Notes: generated by a model not told the origin, from the sequence alone. A stretch of 64,000 bases of DNA from Desulfobacterales bacterium (GCA_046483495.1 JAWODC010000036.1:32001-96000); one strand, 5' to 3'. Shown: positions 30,953-43,533, counted from the first letter of the stretch. Translations and numbers: made by a program.

Positions 30953-31645
30953 TCACTGCTCCGAAATGTCAGAGCCGGGAAGGTTATCGATATACCACTG
31001 AAGCGGATCGATCAATTCAAACCCCTCGGCCTTCAATTTTTCTTTTACCGGATTGACGTTCATGGCCAATAAGTACGGAAAAACCGCCCGCTTTCCGGAT
31101 TCCCAGTATTTAACTGTTAATACACTTCCCATGGAAATGTTTTCCTCAACAATGATGTCGACGATTTTTTTCAGCTCTCCGACCTTGTCTTCAACCACGA
31201 CACCCAAAAGCGTTCCGGGCTGCCCTATCCCCATAACATTGATAAAGGACCGCAACAGATCCCGGATGGAAATAATGCCTTTGAGTGTATTGTTTTCACC
31301 CACCACCGGCAGGGCACCGATCCGCTCCTTCTGAATCAGCAGCATGGCATCCTGAATGGTGTATGTCGGCGAGATGCACATGGGATCCCGGGTCATAATA
31401 TCCCTGATTCTGAGTTCGGCAATCGCGTCTTTTTCATTTGGCGTGCATTCGAGGTTTTTAAAAAGGCCGGGCGGCATGGCGCTTCTGATGTCACGATCCG
31501 TCACAATGCCGATCAGACGGCCGTCTTCGTCAACGACAGGCAAGTGCCTGATCTTGTTTTTTGCCATTTTCTCCTGAGCCTCGAAAATATCCGCATCAGG
31601 GCTGATGACAATTACTTTCCGGGTCATGGATTTACTGACGAACAT
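30953..31645 (-). CDS. CBS-pair + ACT domain protein (AcuB-like)
   Basis: IRHLPVVD..LIGIVTDRDIR and IGALPVV CBS motifs; C-terminal ACT-like EDKVGEL. Confidence 0.88.
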   Translation of the reverse strand: MFVSKSMTRKVIVISPDADIFEAQEKMAKNKIRHLPVVDEDGRLIGIVTDRDIRSAMPPGLFKNLECTPNEKDAIAELRIRDIMTRDPMCISPTYTIQDAMLLIQKERIGALPVVGENNTLKGIISIRDLLRSFINVMGIGQPGTLLGVVVEDKVGELKKIVDIIVEENISMGSVLTVKYWESGKRAVFPYLLAMNVNPVKEKLKAEGFELIDPLQWYIDNLPGSDISEQ

Positions 31646-31684
31646 AGCGTTTTCCTCTCTTCCGAGCCGGAAATCCGGCGAAGG

Positions 31685-32659
31685 TCAATCAAACTCTATC
31701 ATAGACAGGGGTTCATCCATTAGAATTTCCAAATGGTTGACCACCAGTTCGGGAAGCCTCTTCAATGAGTATCCGCCTTCCAGTACGGATATGATTTTTC
31801 CGTTTGTGAATGTCCCGGCCAGTGCCGTAATTTTCTGCATCATCCAGGCAAATCCGCTCGTGGATAACTTGATGCCGGACATGGCGTCATCGAAGTGGCC
31901 GTCGAAACCCGTCGATACCAGGATCACCTGGGGCCGAAAACATTCGAATGTCGGGATGAGGTCTTTTTCAAAAATCCGCTTATAGGTTTCATCCCCGTCA
32001 CCCGGCAGAACCGGATAATTTTTGGTAAAGCCGGTTCCCGGTCCGATGCCTCTTTCAAATATACGACCCGTACCGGGGAATGCAAAAGATGGGTGCTCAT
32101 GAATGGAATAGTAAAAAACACCGGATTCCGCCTCAAATATGTGTTGTGTGCCGTTGCCGTGATGCACGTCGAAATCGATGATGCCGATCCGGTCAACGGC
32201 GAATTCACTCATCATGTATTTAACCGCTATGGCGACGTTTGCAAAAAAACAAAAACCCATGGCCTTGTCGGGTTCTGCATGGTGACCCGGCGGTCGTACA
32301 GCGCAAAATGCATTTTCGATATCACCGTTCATGACCAATCGGGCGGTCTTCAGAATACCGCCGACCGCCAACCGTGCGGTATCGAAGGTTTCCGGGCACA
32401 TCCGATTATCCGGATAATCGAGCATATCCGCTTTTGACCGACAAAGCTGTTCGAATCGTTTGATGTACGTTTTTTCATGAACCGCCTCGATCCATTTCAT
32501 TTCGGGAAATTCGGCGGTAATCGGGATAAGCTTCGTCATCAGACCGGATTTTTCTACAGCCCCCTTAATCACTCGAAGCCTGTCAGGATTTTCCGGGTGA
32601 TAGGTACCGGTAGAATGGTTCAAGTATCGATCATCATACAAAAAACCCGTTTTTCTCAT
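31685..32659 (-). CDS. Histone deacetylase family protein (AcuC-like)
   Basis: HPENPDR, RPPGHHA, DFDVHHGNGTQ, GFD.H.DD and LEGGY motifs. Confidence 0.93.
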   Translation of the reverse strand: MRKTGFLYDDRYLNHSTGTYHPENPDRLRVIKGAVEKSGLMTKLIPITAEFPEMKWIEAVHEKTYIKRFEQLCRSKADMLDYPDNRMCPETFDTARLAVGGILKTARLVMNGDIENAFCAVRPPGHHAEPDKAMGFCFFANVAIAVKYMMSEFAVDRIGIIDFDVHHGNGTQHIFEAESGVFYYSIHEHPSFAFPGTGRIFERGIGPGTGFTKNYPVLPGDGDETYKRIFEKDLIPTFECFRPQVILVSTGFDGHFDDAMSGIKLSTSGFAWMMQKITALAGTFTNGKIISVLEGGYSLKRLPELVVNHLEILMDEPLSMIEFD

Positions 32660-32743
32660 AACCCCGTCTTTTTCCGACCGGTGCCTGCCACCGAAAAATC
32701 CTTTCTTCGATAATCGAATGCGCCGGTGACGGCACCGTTTGTT

Positions 32744-33496
32744 TTACGTTTCCAAAATTTTGTCGAAGATAGCATATGCCGCCCGCACCGCTGCATTTTC
32801 CTCGGGGATCTCGATTGTGGGACGACCGTCAAAATCAAATGCATACACCGTTTCGTCATCCGGAATAGTCCCTGCAATTTCGAGCCCTTCTTCTTTGACC
32901 GCAGAAAGCGCTTTTTCCGGCAGCGGCTCTTTTACCCGGTTGATCACCAAGAAGCTCTTGGATACGCCGATGTTAAGATTTTTTGCCAACTGATAAATTC
33001 GAATCGCGGATTCTATACCCCGCCTGGAGGTGTCGGATACAATCAGCAGCACATCGACGTTCTTGGTTGTTAAACGGCTGATATGCTCCATGCCCGCTTC
33101 GTTATCCATAACGATGTAATCATAGTTTCCCGTCAGCTTTTCAAGAAACTGGGTCAAAAGCGTATTGGCGGCGCAATAACATCCCGCTCCCTCCGGTTGT
33201 CCCATGACAATCAGGTCGTAGCCGTCGGCCTCCGCCACGGCTTCCTCCATACGCATGGAAATAAAAATATCCTTGGTCATCCCGGACGGTACCATCCCTT
33301 TTTTCATATCTTCACGGGCACCGCCAAGTGTATCCGTAACCTGCAATCCGAGGACTTCGTTTAGATTGGCGTTGGAATCCGCATCAACCGCAAGTATCGG
33401 GCCCTTGTTCTTTTTCTCCAAATACTTTATCAGCAATCCGGCAATCGTGGTTTTGCCGGTTCCGCCTTTTCCTGCAAGTGCTATCTCATATGGCAT
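32744..33496 (-). CDS. cooC: CooC/AcsF CODH/ACS nickel-insertion ATPase
   Basis: IALAGKGGTGKTT, GAGCYCAAN and DNEAGMEHISR motifs. Confidence 0.88.
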   Translation of the reverse strand: MPYEIALAGKGGTGKTTIAGLLIKYLEKKNKGPILAVDADSNANLNEVLGLQVTDTLGGAREDMKKGMVPSGMTKDIFISMRMEEAVAEADGYDLIVMGQPEGAGCYCAANTLLTQFLEKLTGNYDYIVMDNEAGMEHISRLTTKNVDVLLIVSDTSRRGIESAIRIYQLAKNLNIGVSKSFLVINRVKEPLPEKALSAVKEEGLEIAGTIPDDETVYAFDFDGRPTIEIPEENAAVRAAYAIFDKILET

Positions 33497-33824
33497 AGGT
33501 TGTACATTTCCTTTCATTGTATGACAAGCTGTCTCATAATCTGTATTTCCAATCGTTATTCGAGGCCACTCGGCCGTTTAAATTTCCCGGATGCTCATCT
33601 GATATGAAAAAACAAATAATTATGCAAGCTTAAACCGATAGTCAAGTAAAGTTTTACATGCCCTGTAAGGCCGAAACGACGTTGCCGCATGAATCCGCCT
33701 ATTTCCTTGCAATATCTATATCCGGATGATAATACAATAAAAACTGCCAAAAAGCAGGTTAGTGCGCCCCCAACCCATTTGACCATAATATAAACCCTAT
33801 TTATGGCGTTAAGGAGAGATTACC

Positions 33825-34139
33825 ATGCTGGAAACCGTAAAAAAAACCGTTTTGGCCGGCATCGGATTGGCCCTTAAAACAAAAGATGAAGTGGAAGAAT
33901 ATGCAAAGGAAATGGAAAAAAAATTGAACATGACGGAGAAGGACGGCAAAAAATTTTTAAAGGATATTCAAGCCCGTTGGGAGGAAGCCCAAAAGAAACT
34001 CGAAGAGCGCGTGGAAAAAACCGTTAAAGATATGTTGAAAAAAGCTGATGTTGTTACCACAGAGGAGCTCAAAGGGCTTAAAAAGGAGATTCGAGACTTA
34101 AAAAAAGCCGTTTCCGATATCAGTGAATCACATAAATAA
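33825..34139 (+). CDS. Phasin-like / polyhydroxyalkanoate synthesis regulator-like coiled-coil protein
   Basis: KKTVLAGIGLA N-terminus, helical body, AAGGAG RBS; sits directly upstream of an ABC1 kinase. Confidence 0.7.
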   Translation: MLETVKKTVLAGIGLALKTKDEVEEYAKEMEKKLNMTEKDGKKFLKDIQARWEEAQKKLEERVEKTVKDMLKKADVVTTEELKGLKKEIRDLKKAVSDISESHK

Positions 34140-34151
34140 TGTCTGTTTAGA

Positions 34152-35849
34152 ATGCTGAGCATCCGAAAAATAGGCGTTCTGGGACGCACATATCGCCATC
34201 TGAACCGTTACCGTCAGATCCTGACGATTCTCTTTCGCTATGGTTTCGGCGATTTTATCGAAATGCTGAGAATCGATCAATACCTGGAGGTCGGTCTTCA
34301 GTTTATTTCGAAAAACCGAAAAGAACGGCTGGAAAAGCTCAGCCGGGCCGAAAAAATAAGAATGACGATCGAAGAACTGGGTCCCACATACATTAAACTG
34401 GGCCAAATATTGTCCGTTCGTCCGGATCTGATTCCACCGGACCTGGTGGAAGAGCTTTCAAAGCTGCAGGACGATGTGGCGGCTGTCCCGTTTGCCGATA
34501 TTCGGCATGTGATTGAAAATGAATTGCGATGCCCGATCGAGGACGTATTCGCTTCTTTCGATGAGGTGCCGTTGGCATCCGCCTCGATCGGGCAGGTTTA
34601 CAGGGCGGTTTTGAAAAACGGAGATGCCGCAGCCGTAAAGGTTCAGCGTCCCGGAATCCGCAATATCATTGAAGTCGACCTGGAAATAATGCTTCACCTG
34701 GCCACCCTGGCGGAAAAGAACATCGAAGAGATGGCCTTTTATCGGCCGGTCAAGATCGTCGAGGAATTTGCGGACACCCTGGAGCGGGAAATCGATTACA
34801 CGATCGAAGCGTCAAATCTCGAACGCATTGCCGTAAACTTCATCAAAGACTCGACCGTTTACATTCCGAAAGTATACCGGGATGCCACCACATCCCGGGT
34901 TCTGACCATGGAATTTATCGACGGCATTAAAGTGTCTCAAATTTCATGTCTTGAAGAATGCGGGCTGGACCCTAAGGAAATTACCAAACGAGGTGCGGAA
35001 ATCTGCCTTAAGCAAATCTTCGAACACGGTTTTTTTCATGCCGACCCGCATCCCGGCAATATATTCATTCTGCCGGACAATGTCATTTGCCTCCTGGATT
35101 TCGGCATGGTGGGCTTAGTGGATAGACAGACCCGTGAAAATTTCGTCGAACTTGTCGATAGTGTGGTGCACCGTCACGAAGCAAGGGCAGCCCAGGTGCT
35201 GCTCAAGGTTACCGAATGGGACATCGAGCCGGACATGCGTGTGCTCGAGAGAGATATCGCCGATTTTATAGGAAGACACTTTTACAGGCCGCTCAAGAAT
35301 ATCAGAATAGGCCCTTTTCTGAAGAATCTCCTCGATTTAACCTCCCGCCATCAGCTGAGGATGACGCCTGATGTCTTTATGATGTTGAAATCGTTGGCGA
35401 CCCTGGAAGGTGTGGCCGTCATGCTGGACCCGGACTTCGACATTATCGCGAGCGCCGAACCGTTTATCCGGCGCATCAAAATGGCTCGATTCCATCCTCA
35501 GCGGATCACCGGTGATTTCCTTTATACGGCATCGGATTTTCTCGAAGTGGTGCAGCAGCTCCCCAAAGACCTGCGAGAGCTTTCCAAGTTTATCAAAAAC
35601 CGCCGTATACCATTGGCGATCGAGCACCAGGGGTTGGAAAGCATGCTCCACACCCATGACCAGATCAGCAACAGGATTTCCTTTTCCATCGTAATCGCCG
35701 CATTGATTATCGGATCGGCTCTTATCGTCATATCCGAGACGCCGCCGTATGTTTTCGGAATTTCGCTGATCGGCATTATCGGATTCCTTGCGGCAGCCCT
35801 GATGGGAATCTGGCTTTTAGTCGCAATTTTAAAAAAGGGCAAGTTATAA
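34152..35849 (+). CDS. AarF/ABC1/UbiB family atypical kinase
   Basis: [35 protein letters not shown] and LDFGMVG motifs; C-terminal TM helices. Confidence 0.93.
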   Translation: MLSIRKIGVLGRTYRHLNRYRQILTILFRYGFGDFIEMLRIDQYLEVGLQFISKNRKERLEKLSRAEKIRMTIEELGPTYIKLGQILSVRPDLIPPDLVEELSKLQDDVAAVPFADIRHVIENELRCPIEDVFASFDEVPLASASIGQVYRAVLKNGDAAAVKVQRPGIRNIIEVDLEIMLHLATLAEKNIEEMAFYRPVKIVEEFADTLEREIDYTIEASNLERIAVNFIKDSTVYIPKVYRDATTSRVLTMEFIDGIKVSQISCLEECGLDPKEITKRGAEICLKQIFEHGFFHADPHPGNIFILPDNVICLLDFGMVGLVDRQTRENFVELVDSVVHRHEARAAQVLLKVTEWDIEPDMRVLERDIADFIGRHFYRPLKNIRIGPFLKNLLDLTSRHQLRMTPDVFMMLKSLATLEGVAVMLDPDFDIIASAEPFIRRIKMARFHPQRITGDFLYTASDFLEVVQQLPKDLRELSKFIKNRRIPLAIEHQGLESMLHTHDQISNRISFSIVIAALIIGSALIVISETPPYVFGISLIGIIGFLAAALMGIWLLVAILKKGKL

Positions 35850-35871
35850 CCGTTGCACATTCACTGATACT

Positions 35872-37395
35872 ATGAAACGAATCGAAGAAATATCATTACT
35901 GTACGAAATCAGCGAAGCCTTAAATGAGCATCTCGATCTCAAAAAGGCGCTGTACGGGGTCCTTGAAATCTTATCGAATTCCATGGAACTCGCCCGTGGA
36001 ACGATAACCCTCGTCAATCCGTTAAGCAATGAGATCCACATCGAAGTGGCCCACGGCATATCTTCCTCCACCATGGAGAGTGTCACTTACAAGGTGGGTG
36101 AAGGCATAACCGGCCGGGTTATCGAATCGGGCAAACCCCTCGTTATTCCTAAAATCAGCGAAGAGCCCCTGTTCCTGAACCGAACGGCATCCCGCAGGAA
36201 AAAGAAGGACCGGGAGCTCTCATTCATCTGCAATCCCATTAAGAAGGGGAATCAGGTGATCGGCGCCATCAGCGTCGACAAACCCCTGGATTCCGATTAC
36301 TCGCTCGAAGTCGCCCAGCAACTCATGGCCGTCATTTCCACCATGATCGCCCGGCATGTCGGCAATCTTGAAACCATTCGGCTGGAAGAACTCCGCCTGC
36401 GTCGCGAAAATGAGCGGCTCCAAAACGAGCTGAAGAACAAATACAAGATCACCGATATCATTGGAAACAGCAGCAGGATGAAAGAGGTTTTTCAAATGAT
36501 ATCCCAGGTTTCCAAAAGCAATGCCACCGTTTTAATCCGGGGGGAAAGCGGCACCGGGAAAGAGTTGGTGGCAAACTCGATCCATTACAACAGTCTTCGA
36601 GCGGCAAATCCATTCGTCAAGATCAATTGTGCGGCCATGCCGACAAACCTGATCGAGAGCGAGCTTTTCGGACACGAGAAAGGGGCCTTTACCGGCGCCA
36701 TACGGCAGAAACGGGGCAAATTCGAACTGGCACATAAAGGGACCCTGTTCATGGACGAAATCGGGTCCATCGATTTGGAAGTCCAGGTAAAACTTCTTCG
36801 TGTCCTCCAGGAGAAGGAATTCGAGCGGGTGGGGGGACAGAAAACGATCGCCGCCGATGTACGGATTGTCGCCGCCACCAACAAGAATCTCGAGCAGGCT
36901 GTCGAGGAAGAAACGTTCCGCAGTGATTTATATTACCGGTTGAATGTTTTCCCGATTTATCTTCCTCCCCTCCGGGAGCGAAAAACGGATATTTTGCTTC
37001 TTGCCGATCATTTTCTGGAAAAGTACGCGGCGGAAAACAACAAGCCCATTAAACGATTTTCGACACCGGCCATTGACATGCTGATGCAATACCACTGGCC
37101 CGGCAATGTCCGAGAGCTGGAGAACTGCATTGAACGGGCCGTGCTGCTGTGCGAAGAGGGCGTTATTCACAGTTACCACCTGCCGCCGACACTGCAGACC
37201 GGTATGGAATCGAACACCGTGCCGTCGCTTTCCCTCGAGGATGCGGTCGCCCGCCTGGAGCGCGAGATGATCATCGATGCCCTCAAGAACACGCGCGGCA
37301 ACACCACCAAGGCCGCACGCCTGCTGGACACCACCATCCGCAAGTTCAACTACAAAGCCAAACGGTACAATGTGGATTACAGGCTTTATCGGTAG
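35872..37395 (+). CDS. GAF-domain sigma54-dependent transcriptional activator (NifA-like)
   Basis: N-terminal [26 protein letters not shown] and WPGNVREL motifs; C-terminal HTH. Confidence 0.92.
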   Translation: MKRIEEISLLYEISEALNEHLDLKKALYGVLEILSNSMELARGTITLVNPLSNEIHIEVAHGISSSTMESVTYKVGEGITGRVIESGKPLVIPKISEEPLFLNRTASRRKKKDRELSFICNPIKKGNQVIGAISVDKPLDSDYSLEVAQQLMAVISTMIARHVGNLETIRLEELRLRRENERLQNELKNKYKITDIIGNSSRMKEVFQMISQVSKSNATVLIRGESGTGKELVANSIHYNSLRAANPFVKINCAAMPTNLIESELFGHEKGAFTGAIRQKRGKFELAHKGTLFMDEIGSIDLEVQVKLLRVLQEKEFERVGGQKTIAADVRIVAATNKNLEQAVEEETFRSDLYYRLNVFPIYLPPLRERKTDILLLADHFLEKYAAENNKPIKRFSTPAIDMLMQYHWPGNVRELENCIERAVLLCEEGVIHSYHLPPTLQTGMESNTVPSLSLEDAVARLEREMIIDALKNTRGNTTKAARLLDTTIRKFNYKAKRYNVDYRLYR

Positions 37396-37454
37396 GATTC
37401 AAGATTTGGATCATCACATTTAATCGGCATTGACCGGAAATTAGCTTGATCCGA

Positions 37455-37490
37455 CCAGGGGATCGGTCGAGCGGCAAACCGATCCCCCGG
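37455..37490. terminator. Hairpin between convergent activator gene and glnA
   Basis: ggggatcggt-cgagcggcaa-accgatcccc inverted repeat. Confidence 0.6.
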
Positions 37491-37502
37491 GCGAAAAGAG
37501 GG

Positions 37503-38915
37503 TTATATGTCATAGTACAGGAAGAATTCATGGGGATGAGGACGGAGCCTTACCGGGTTGATTTCATTCTCCTGTTTGTAATCGATCCACTTTTCGATTA
37601 CGTCTTCCGTAAACACATCGCCCTTTAGTAAAAACCCGCGATCATCGGAGAGGGCGGCTAATGCCTCATCCAGCGATCCGGGGGCGGATTCGATGTCGGC
37701 CAACTCCTCGGGCGGCAGATCATAAATATTCTTGTCCATCGGATCGCCCGGGTCGATCTTGTTTTCGATGCCGTCGAGCACCGCCATCAGCATGGCCGAA
37801 AAAGCGATATACCCATTGCATGACGGGTCCGGTGTTCTAAACTCGATGCGCTTGGCCTTAGGCGATTCCGAATACATGGGAATGCGGATTGCGGCACTCC
37901 TGTTTCGACTGGAGTAAGCCAGGTTTACGGGTGCTTCGAATCCCGGGACCAGCCGTTTGTACGAATTCGTCGTCGGGTTTGTAAATGCGCACAGGGCCTT
38001 GCAGTGCTTCAAGATGCCGCCGATCGCGTAAAGCGCCTCCTGCGATACACCCGCGTATTTATCCCCGGCAAACAGGGGGGAATTGTTCTTCCAGATGCTG
38101 ATATGGGTGTGCATGCCCGAACCGTTATCTTCGAACATGGGTTTGGGCATAAACGTCACCGTGTGCCCATGACGGTAAGCGACATTCTTCAAAATATATT
38201 TAAACCATACCAGTTGGTCTCCCATTTGCACCAGCGGTTTGAACCGCATATCGATTTCGGCCTGTCCGGCAGTGGCCACTTCATGGTGCTGGCATTCCAC
38301 CTCGATGTCGAGATCCTCCAGTGTCAGCATCATCTCCGACCGAATATCCTGGAATTTATCCGTTGGCGGAACCGGAAAATAGCCCTCCTTGTGCCTGGGT
38401 TTATATCCCAGACTCGGATTTTCCTCCCTGCCGGAATTCCAGATGCCTTCAATGGAATCGATCTCATAAAACGCCATATTTCGGGTCGATTCAAAACGGA
38501 TGCCGTCGAAAATAAAAAACTCGGCTTCAGGCCCAAAATAGGCGGTATCCCCTATCCCGGTTCGATTCAAGTAGTTTTCCGCCTTTTGGGCAATGTGCCG
38601 GGGATCCCGCGTATACGGTTCACGCGTTACCGGGTCGACGATATTCCCGATGAGCACCAATGTTGGAACCTTGTAAAATGGATCCATTTTTGCCGTTGAC
38701 GCATCCGGAACGACGAGCATATCGCTGGCATTGATCGGCTGCCAGCCGCGAATGCTCGATCCGTCAAATCCATATCCGTCTTCGAAGCTCGACGCTTCCA
38801 GTTCACCTATCGGCAGTGAAAAATGCTGCCATATGCCGGGAAAATCCATAAACCGCACGTCAACTACCCTGGCCCCCTTTTCTTTTGCCATTTCAATCAC
38901 GTCTTTTGGTCGCAT
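37503..38915 (-). CDS. glnA: Glutamine synthetase type I
   Basis: [34 protein letters not shown] motifs and adenylylation site KNIYDL; start MRPKDV after AAGGAG. Confidence 0.97.
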   Translation of the reverse strand: MRPKDVIEMAKEKGARVVDVRFMDFPGIWQHFSLPIGELEASSFEDGYGFDGSSIRGWQPINASDMLVVPDASTAKMDPFYKVPTLVLIGNIVDPVTREPYTRDPRHIAQKAENYLNRTGIGDTAYFGPEAEFFIFDGIRFESTRNMAFYEIDSIEGIWNSGREENPSLGYKPRHKEGYFPVPPTDKFQDIRSEMMLTLEDLDIEVECQHHEVATAGQAEIDMRFKPLVQMGDQLVWFKYILKNVAYRHGHTVTFMPKPMFEDNGSGMHTHISIWKNNSPLFAGDKYAGVSQEALYAIGGILKHCKALCAFTNPTTNSYKRLVPGFEAPVNLAYSSRNRSAAIRIPMYSESPKAKRIEFRTPDPSCNGYIAFSAMLMAVLDGIENKIDPGDPMDKNIYDLPPEELADIESAPGSLDEALAALSDDRGFLLKGDVFTEDVIEKWIDYKQENEINPVRLRPHPHEFFLYYDI

Positions 38916-39033
38916 AACCTTTCTCCTTTTTGTTGACTTTAAGCATGTCGCCGCCGCTGGTAACCCATCGGAAGTGCCCTGACATCGCTTCTGCCGGAAG
39001 AGGCTCGGCCACGGCGGCTCCGGTTTCAATCCA

Positions 39034-39387
<354 letters not shown>

Positions 39388-39411
39388 TTAGATGGTCATC
39401 GAACCCGTAAA

Positions 39412-40716
39412 TTACACGATTTCAAATGCCCTTTCCCCATGCAGGGAACTGTCCAGACCTTTGATCTCCACGTCTTCTTCCACACGTATCCCACCGGTGA
39501 CAAGCTTGGTTGCGAGCACCACTACGACGGTGCCAAGGCCCGTGTAAGCAGCGGTCCCGACGATGGAAACAGCTTGAATCAAAAGCTGCTCGGGATTTCC
39601 ATAAAGGAGTCCGGTACCAGCGGAATTGATCGTTGGATCAGCAAAAATGCCTGTCGCCAGTGCTCCCCACAAACCGCACATTCCGTGAACACCGAAAGCA
39701 TCCAGAGAGTCGTCATAGCCCATTTTATGCTTGAGTACGCCGACACTGTAAAATCCGAGCAGGCCGGCGACCAGTCCGATCGCCAGGGCTCCTGACAGGT
39801 TCACAAATCCGGCGGCCGGCGTTATGCCTACCAAGCCGGCGATAATTCCGGAGGCAAGCCCCAGAACGGTTGGTTTTTTATTGAAAATCCATTCAGCGAA
39901 CATCCACGACAGGCCGCCTATAGCTGCGGAAGTATTCGTGACCAGAAAAGCCGAACCGGCAAGCCCATCCGATGCGAGTTGGCTGCCCGCATTGAAGCCG
40001 AACCAGCCGAACCAGAGAAGCGCGGCACCCAAAGCGGTTAAAGTGACACCCGACGGGAACATGGCCTCCTTGCCGTACCCCCTTCGTTTTCCCAGCATCA
40101 GGGCCAACACGAGGCCGGCTACACCGGCATTGATATGCACCACATTGCCGCCCGCGAAATCGAGCGCTCCCATTCGGCCCATCCATCCGCCCCCCCAGGC
40201 CCAATGAGCGATGGGAGCGTAAATGCATGTTATCCACAACAGTGCGAAGACGATCCATGAAGAAAACTTCATGCGGTCGACGACAGCACCCGACACCAAT
40301 GCAACCGTGATGCCGGCAAATGTCATCTGGAACAGAACGAACACAAATGTGGGGATGGTTCCCGAAAGGCTTTCAACAGTGATTCCACGCAAAAACACGT
40401 GCTCCAAACCGCCGATCATCCCTCCCAAATCGGTTCCGAACGCCAGTGTATATCCCCACATCACCCAAACGACACCGGCGATGCAGTAGGAAACCAGGGA
40501 CATGGCCAACGTATTGAGCTGGTTTTTGTACCGGGACATGCCCCCATAGAAAAGGGCGAGACCGGCGGGCGTCATCATCATGACGAGGGCTGTGGAAATC
40601 ATCATCCATGCCGTGTCTCCCGCATTGAGCGCATCTTCAGCGCCGAGTGCCGATGATGCCGGAAAAAGCACCGACACGCAGACTGCAGCCATCCATGTTT
40701 TCATCGTCATTTTCAT
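39412..40716 (-). CDS. amtB: Ammonium transporter
   Basis: GLALFYGG, FQMTFA, DFAGGNVVHINAG, LWFGWFGFNAGS and DDSLDAFGVHG motifs; start chosen by RBS spacing. Confidence 0.96.
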   Translation of the reverse strand: MKMTMKTWMAAVCVSVLFPASSALGAEDALNAGDTAWMMISTALVMMMTPAGLALFYGGMSRYKNQLNTLAMSLVSYCIAGVVWVMWGYTLAFGTDLGGMIGGLEHVFLRGITVESLSGTIPTFVFVLFQMTFAGITVALVSGAVVDRMKFSSWIVFALLWITCIYAPIAHWAWGGGWMGRMGALDFAGGNVVHINAGVAGLVLALMLGKRRGYGKEAMFPSGVTLTALGAALLWFGWFGFNAGSQLASDGLAGSAFLVTNTSAAIGGLSWMFAEWIFNKKPTVLGLASGIIAGLVGITPAAGFVNLSGALAIGLVAGLLGFYSVGVLKHKMGYDDSLDAFGVHGMCGLWGALATGIFADPTINSAGTGLLYGNPEQLLIQAVSIVGTAAYTGLGTVVVVLATKLVTGGIRVEEDVEIKGLDSSLHGERAFEIV

Positions 40717-40838
40717 TTCCATTCTCCTTTGTTTGGCATCTTTCGGCCCAAAGCCGGTTTTGGCATTTCCGATCAATTCGGGTTTTCAATACGCGTAATA
40801 ACCTGCTCTGAACCCACTTCAACGGTATCCAACAGGCG

Positions 40839-43466
40839 CTAAAATGTCCGGATCACCTTCGACAAAGCCGTCTTGATCCGATCTTCCTGATCCTTTGAAT
40901 CAACTTTTTGCCCATCAAAATCCCTTACATAGAAAACGTCTACAACCTGGTCCGCTTTGGTGGCGATTTTCGAAATCCATACGTCAAGCCCCATGTGGAA
41001 AAGGGTGTCGGTGATGTCGTAGAGAAGTCCGAGGTAGTCATATGCAAACACTTCAATGATGGTAAAAAAACTGGAGCTCGCGTTATCCACCTCGATGCGA
41101 ACGGGTTTTACCGCTATTTTGGGTCCGCCGCAGCCGTAAGCCGCCGTTTTTTCCTGTATGGCGGGGGCCAAATCCATACGCCCGTCCAGCACGGATATCA
41201 GGTGATTTTCGGCACGATGCCATTTTTCACTTTCAAATATCGGATCCGGAGGCGGTTTGACTTCAAAGATATCCAGCGCCGTATTATCCCGCCACGTAAA
41301 GGCCTGTGCGTTTAAAATATCGATGCCGTTTATCGTGAATGTCCCGGCAATTTTGGAAAAAAGGCCGGGTTCATCAACAGCGCAGATGGTCACCGTTCGT
41401 GTGTCCGAACTGTGATTCGTTTTGATGTTCCATACCGGCTTATTCGCTTTCAACGCGCTACGGAGTTTCAGGTGAAGCATAATATCCTCGATCGGCGTAT
41501 ACAGGAGATATCGGGGGGACATGATGCGTATCACCGCCTCGGGATCACCGGGGTATCCCAGGATCAGCAGCGCCTCTCGAATTCGATTCTTCTTCTCATT
41601 CCGAACGTGAACGGCCTCCTCGGAAGCCAGTTCGCCGGTTTCCAAAATCTTTGCTACTCTCAAGAACAGGTCTCTCAGCAATGTCGCCGTCCAGTCATTC
41701 CAAGCGTTGGGCCCGGTACTGACGGAATCAGCCACCGTCAGCAGATAAAGCATTTTTAATTTTTCAATATCTTTAACCTTGCCGGCGCACGTGATGCAGG
41801 TCTCCTCGTCACCGATGTCTCTACGGGTGGCGATCTTAATCAAGAAGAGATGATCGTTAATCAGGCTCGCCACGATTTCGGCATCATCATGCGAAAACCC
41901 CAGGCGGTCCAATATTCGCAGCGCCAGCATTCGCCCTGACTCGGAATGGTCGTCCACCGTGCTCCCTTTTCCGATGTCATGCAGCAGGGCGGCCCAATGA
42001 AGCAGGTCCGGACGGCTGATTTCATGATACAATTTATCGCACAGCGGTTCATTCACCCGCCCTTTTCTTCTCCGCCATCGCTGCAGCACTTTCACGGTAT
42101 GCAGGGAATGCTTGTCAACCGGAAAAAGGTGGTAGGCATCGAATTGGATTCGGTTTGTAATCTCCCTGAATTCCGGAATAAAGCGATTCATCATATCGGC
42201 ATGACACAATTGATCCAATGCAGGGTGGTCCGGGTCGCCGGAAACGAGCAGTTTCTCGAGGAGCCGGATCGGGCGGGAAGATCTGAAAAACGATTCATCC
42301 AGCAACGGCGCAAAATCTTTAATCAAACGAATTGCCTCGGCACTGAGCGGCGTGCCGTATCGGTCGCTTTCCCTGAATATTTCCATCATGGTGATCGGAT
42401 TGGATAAAACGGTCTCCGGGTAAACAAAAGTGATCATGCCCCGATGAATCACCACATCCGCCGCTTTTGTCGCTTTTGTTTTCTTTTTCTTTCGGCTGTT
42501 TGCCTGTTGATATCCCAGCTCGCTGAGGACGATATGGTAAAGCTCTTTTATAAATTCCATGTCCTTATGAAGTCTGCCCAGGAAGCGCTCAACCGGCTTT
42601 TGATGATCGGTTGCACAAAATGCCAATGATTCAGCCATTTGGATCTGATAATCGAAATACAGCCGGTCGTTCTTGCGGCCTGCGAGATGGTGCAGTCGAC
42701 TCCTCACTTCCAGCAGGAACGAGAGCGCCCGATCCAGCTGCCGGAATTCATCATGAGACAAAAACCCTTCATACTCCAAATCTCTGGGCGTTTTCACATT
42801 CGCCCGAATTCGGCCGATCCACAATAGGGTATGGTAGTCTCTCAGTCCGCCCTGCCCCTCCTTGAGGTTCGGCTCCAGCCGGTAAGTGGAATCTCCGAAT
42901 ACTTCATGACGTTTTCTGTCGGACGCCACCAGACCGCGAATGATTCGGCTCGATTTTTCATTCCGTACTTTTTTGTGAAGCCCGTCCATAAGATCTAAAT
43001 ACAAGTTAGACCTTCCACAAATGAACCGGGAGTCCAGCAATGCGGTCAATACGGTGATGTCCCTGCCGGCAAGCTTGATGGATTCCTGTACCGAACGCGT
43101 GGCATGGCCGACATCCAGCCCCATATCCCAAAGCGGGAAAACCATCTCCTCGATAAGATTTTCCACGCCTTTAATGGTGTTTTCGAACAAAATTAAAACA
43201 TCCACATCGGAAAAAAGGCACTGTTCTCTTCTGCCGTATCCACCCTGTGCCAGAATGGCGTAAGGGTACTTGGTGATGTTCAATCCCGGCCCGATGGTGC
43301 TCGTTTCAAACCGCATGCGAAAATAATCATCCAGCAGCTCTGCATGCCGTTGAGGAAAATTCGGCTCATTTCCGGCAATGAATGCGGAAATCAGCCGTCT
43401 TCGGCTGTTCATCAGCAGCGCTGCAGCACTGTTTTCGTTAGTTTGTCTCATCTCGGCGGAACCCAT
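40839..43466 (-). CDS. glnD: [Protein-PII] uridylyltransferase
   Basis: GGYGR..SDVD, EPNLKEGQGGLRD, HD domain (LLHDIGKG) and two C-terminal ACT domains. Confidence 0.95.
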   Translation of the reverse strand: MGSAEMRQTNENSAAALLMNSRRRLISAFIAGNEPNFPQRHAELLDDYFRMRFETSTIGPGLNITKYPYAILAQGGYGRREQCLFSDVDVLILFENTIKGVENLIEEMVFPLWDMGLDVGHATRSVQESIKLAGRDITVLTALLDSRFICGRSNLYLDLMDGLHKKVRNEKSSRIIRGLVASDRKRHEVFGDSTYRLEPNLKEGQGGLRDYHTLLWIGRIRANVKTPRDLEYEGFLSHDEFRQLDRALSFLLEVRSRLHHLAGRKNDRLYFDYQIQMAESLAFCATDHQKPVERFLGRLHKDMEFIKELYHIVLSELGYQQANSRKKKKTKATKAADVVIHRGMITFVYPETVLSNPITMMEIFRESDRYGTPLSAEAIRLIKDFAPLLDESFFRSSRPIRLLEKLLVSGDPDHPALDQLCHADMMNRFIPEFREITNRIQFDAYHLFPVDKHSLHTVKVLQRWRRRKGRVNEPLCDKLYHEISRPDLLHWAALLHDIGKGSTVDDHSESGRMLALRILDRLGFSHDDAEIVASLINDHLFLIKIATRRDIGDEETCITCAGKVKDIEKLKMLYLLTVADSVSTGPNAWNDWTATLLRDLFLRVAKILETGELASEEAVHVRNEKKNRIREALLILGYPGDPEAVIRIMSPRYLLYTPIEDIMLHLKLRSALKANKPVWNIKTNHSSDTRTVTICAVDEPGLFSKIAGTFTINGIDILNAQAFTWRDNTALDIFEVKPPPDPIFESEKWHRAENHLISVLDGRMDLAPAIQEKTAAYGCGGPKIAVKPVRIEVDNASSSFFTIIEVFAYDYLGLLYDITDTLFHMGLDVWISKIATKADQVVDVFYVRDFDGQKVDSKDQEDRIKTALSKVIRTF

Positions 43467-43533
43467 ATTCGACCTTCTTTTTTTTGGCTGCGAACCTATG
43501 AAAAGCTTTATACTTACGGTTTCCGTATTTAAG

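Noticed and set aside
35872..37395. Calling the activator nifA and inferring nitrogen fixation
   Set aside because: No nif genes in the window; domain architecture alone is insufficient.
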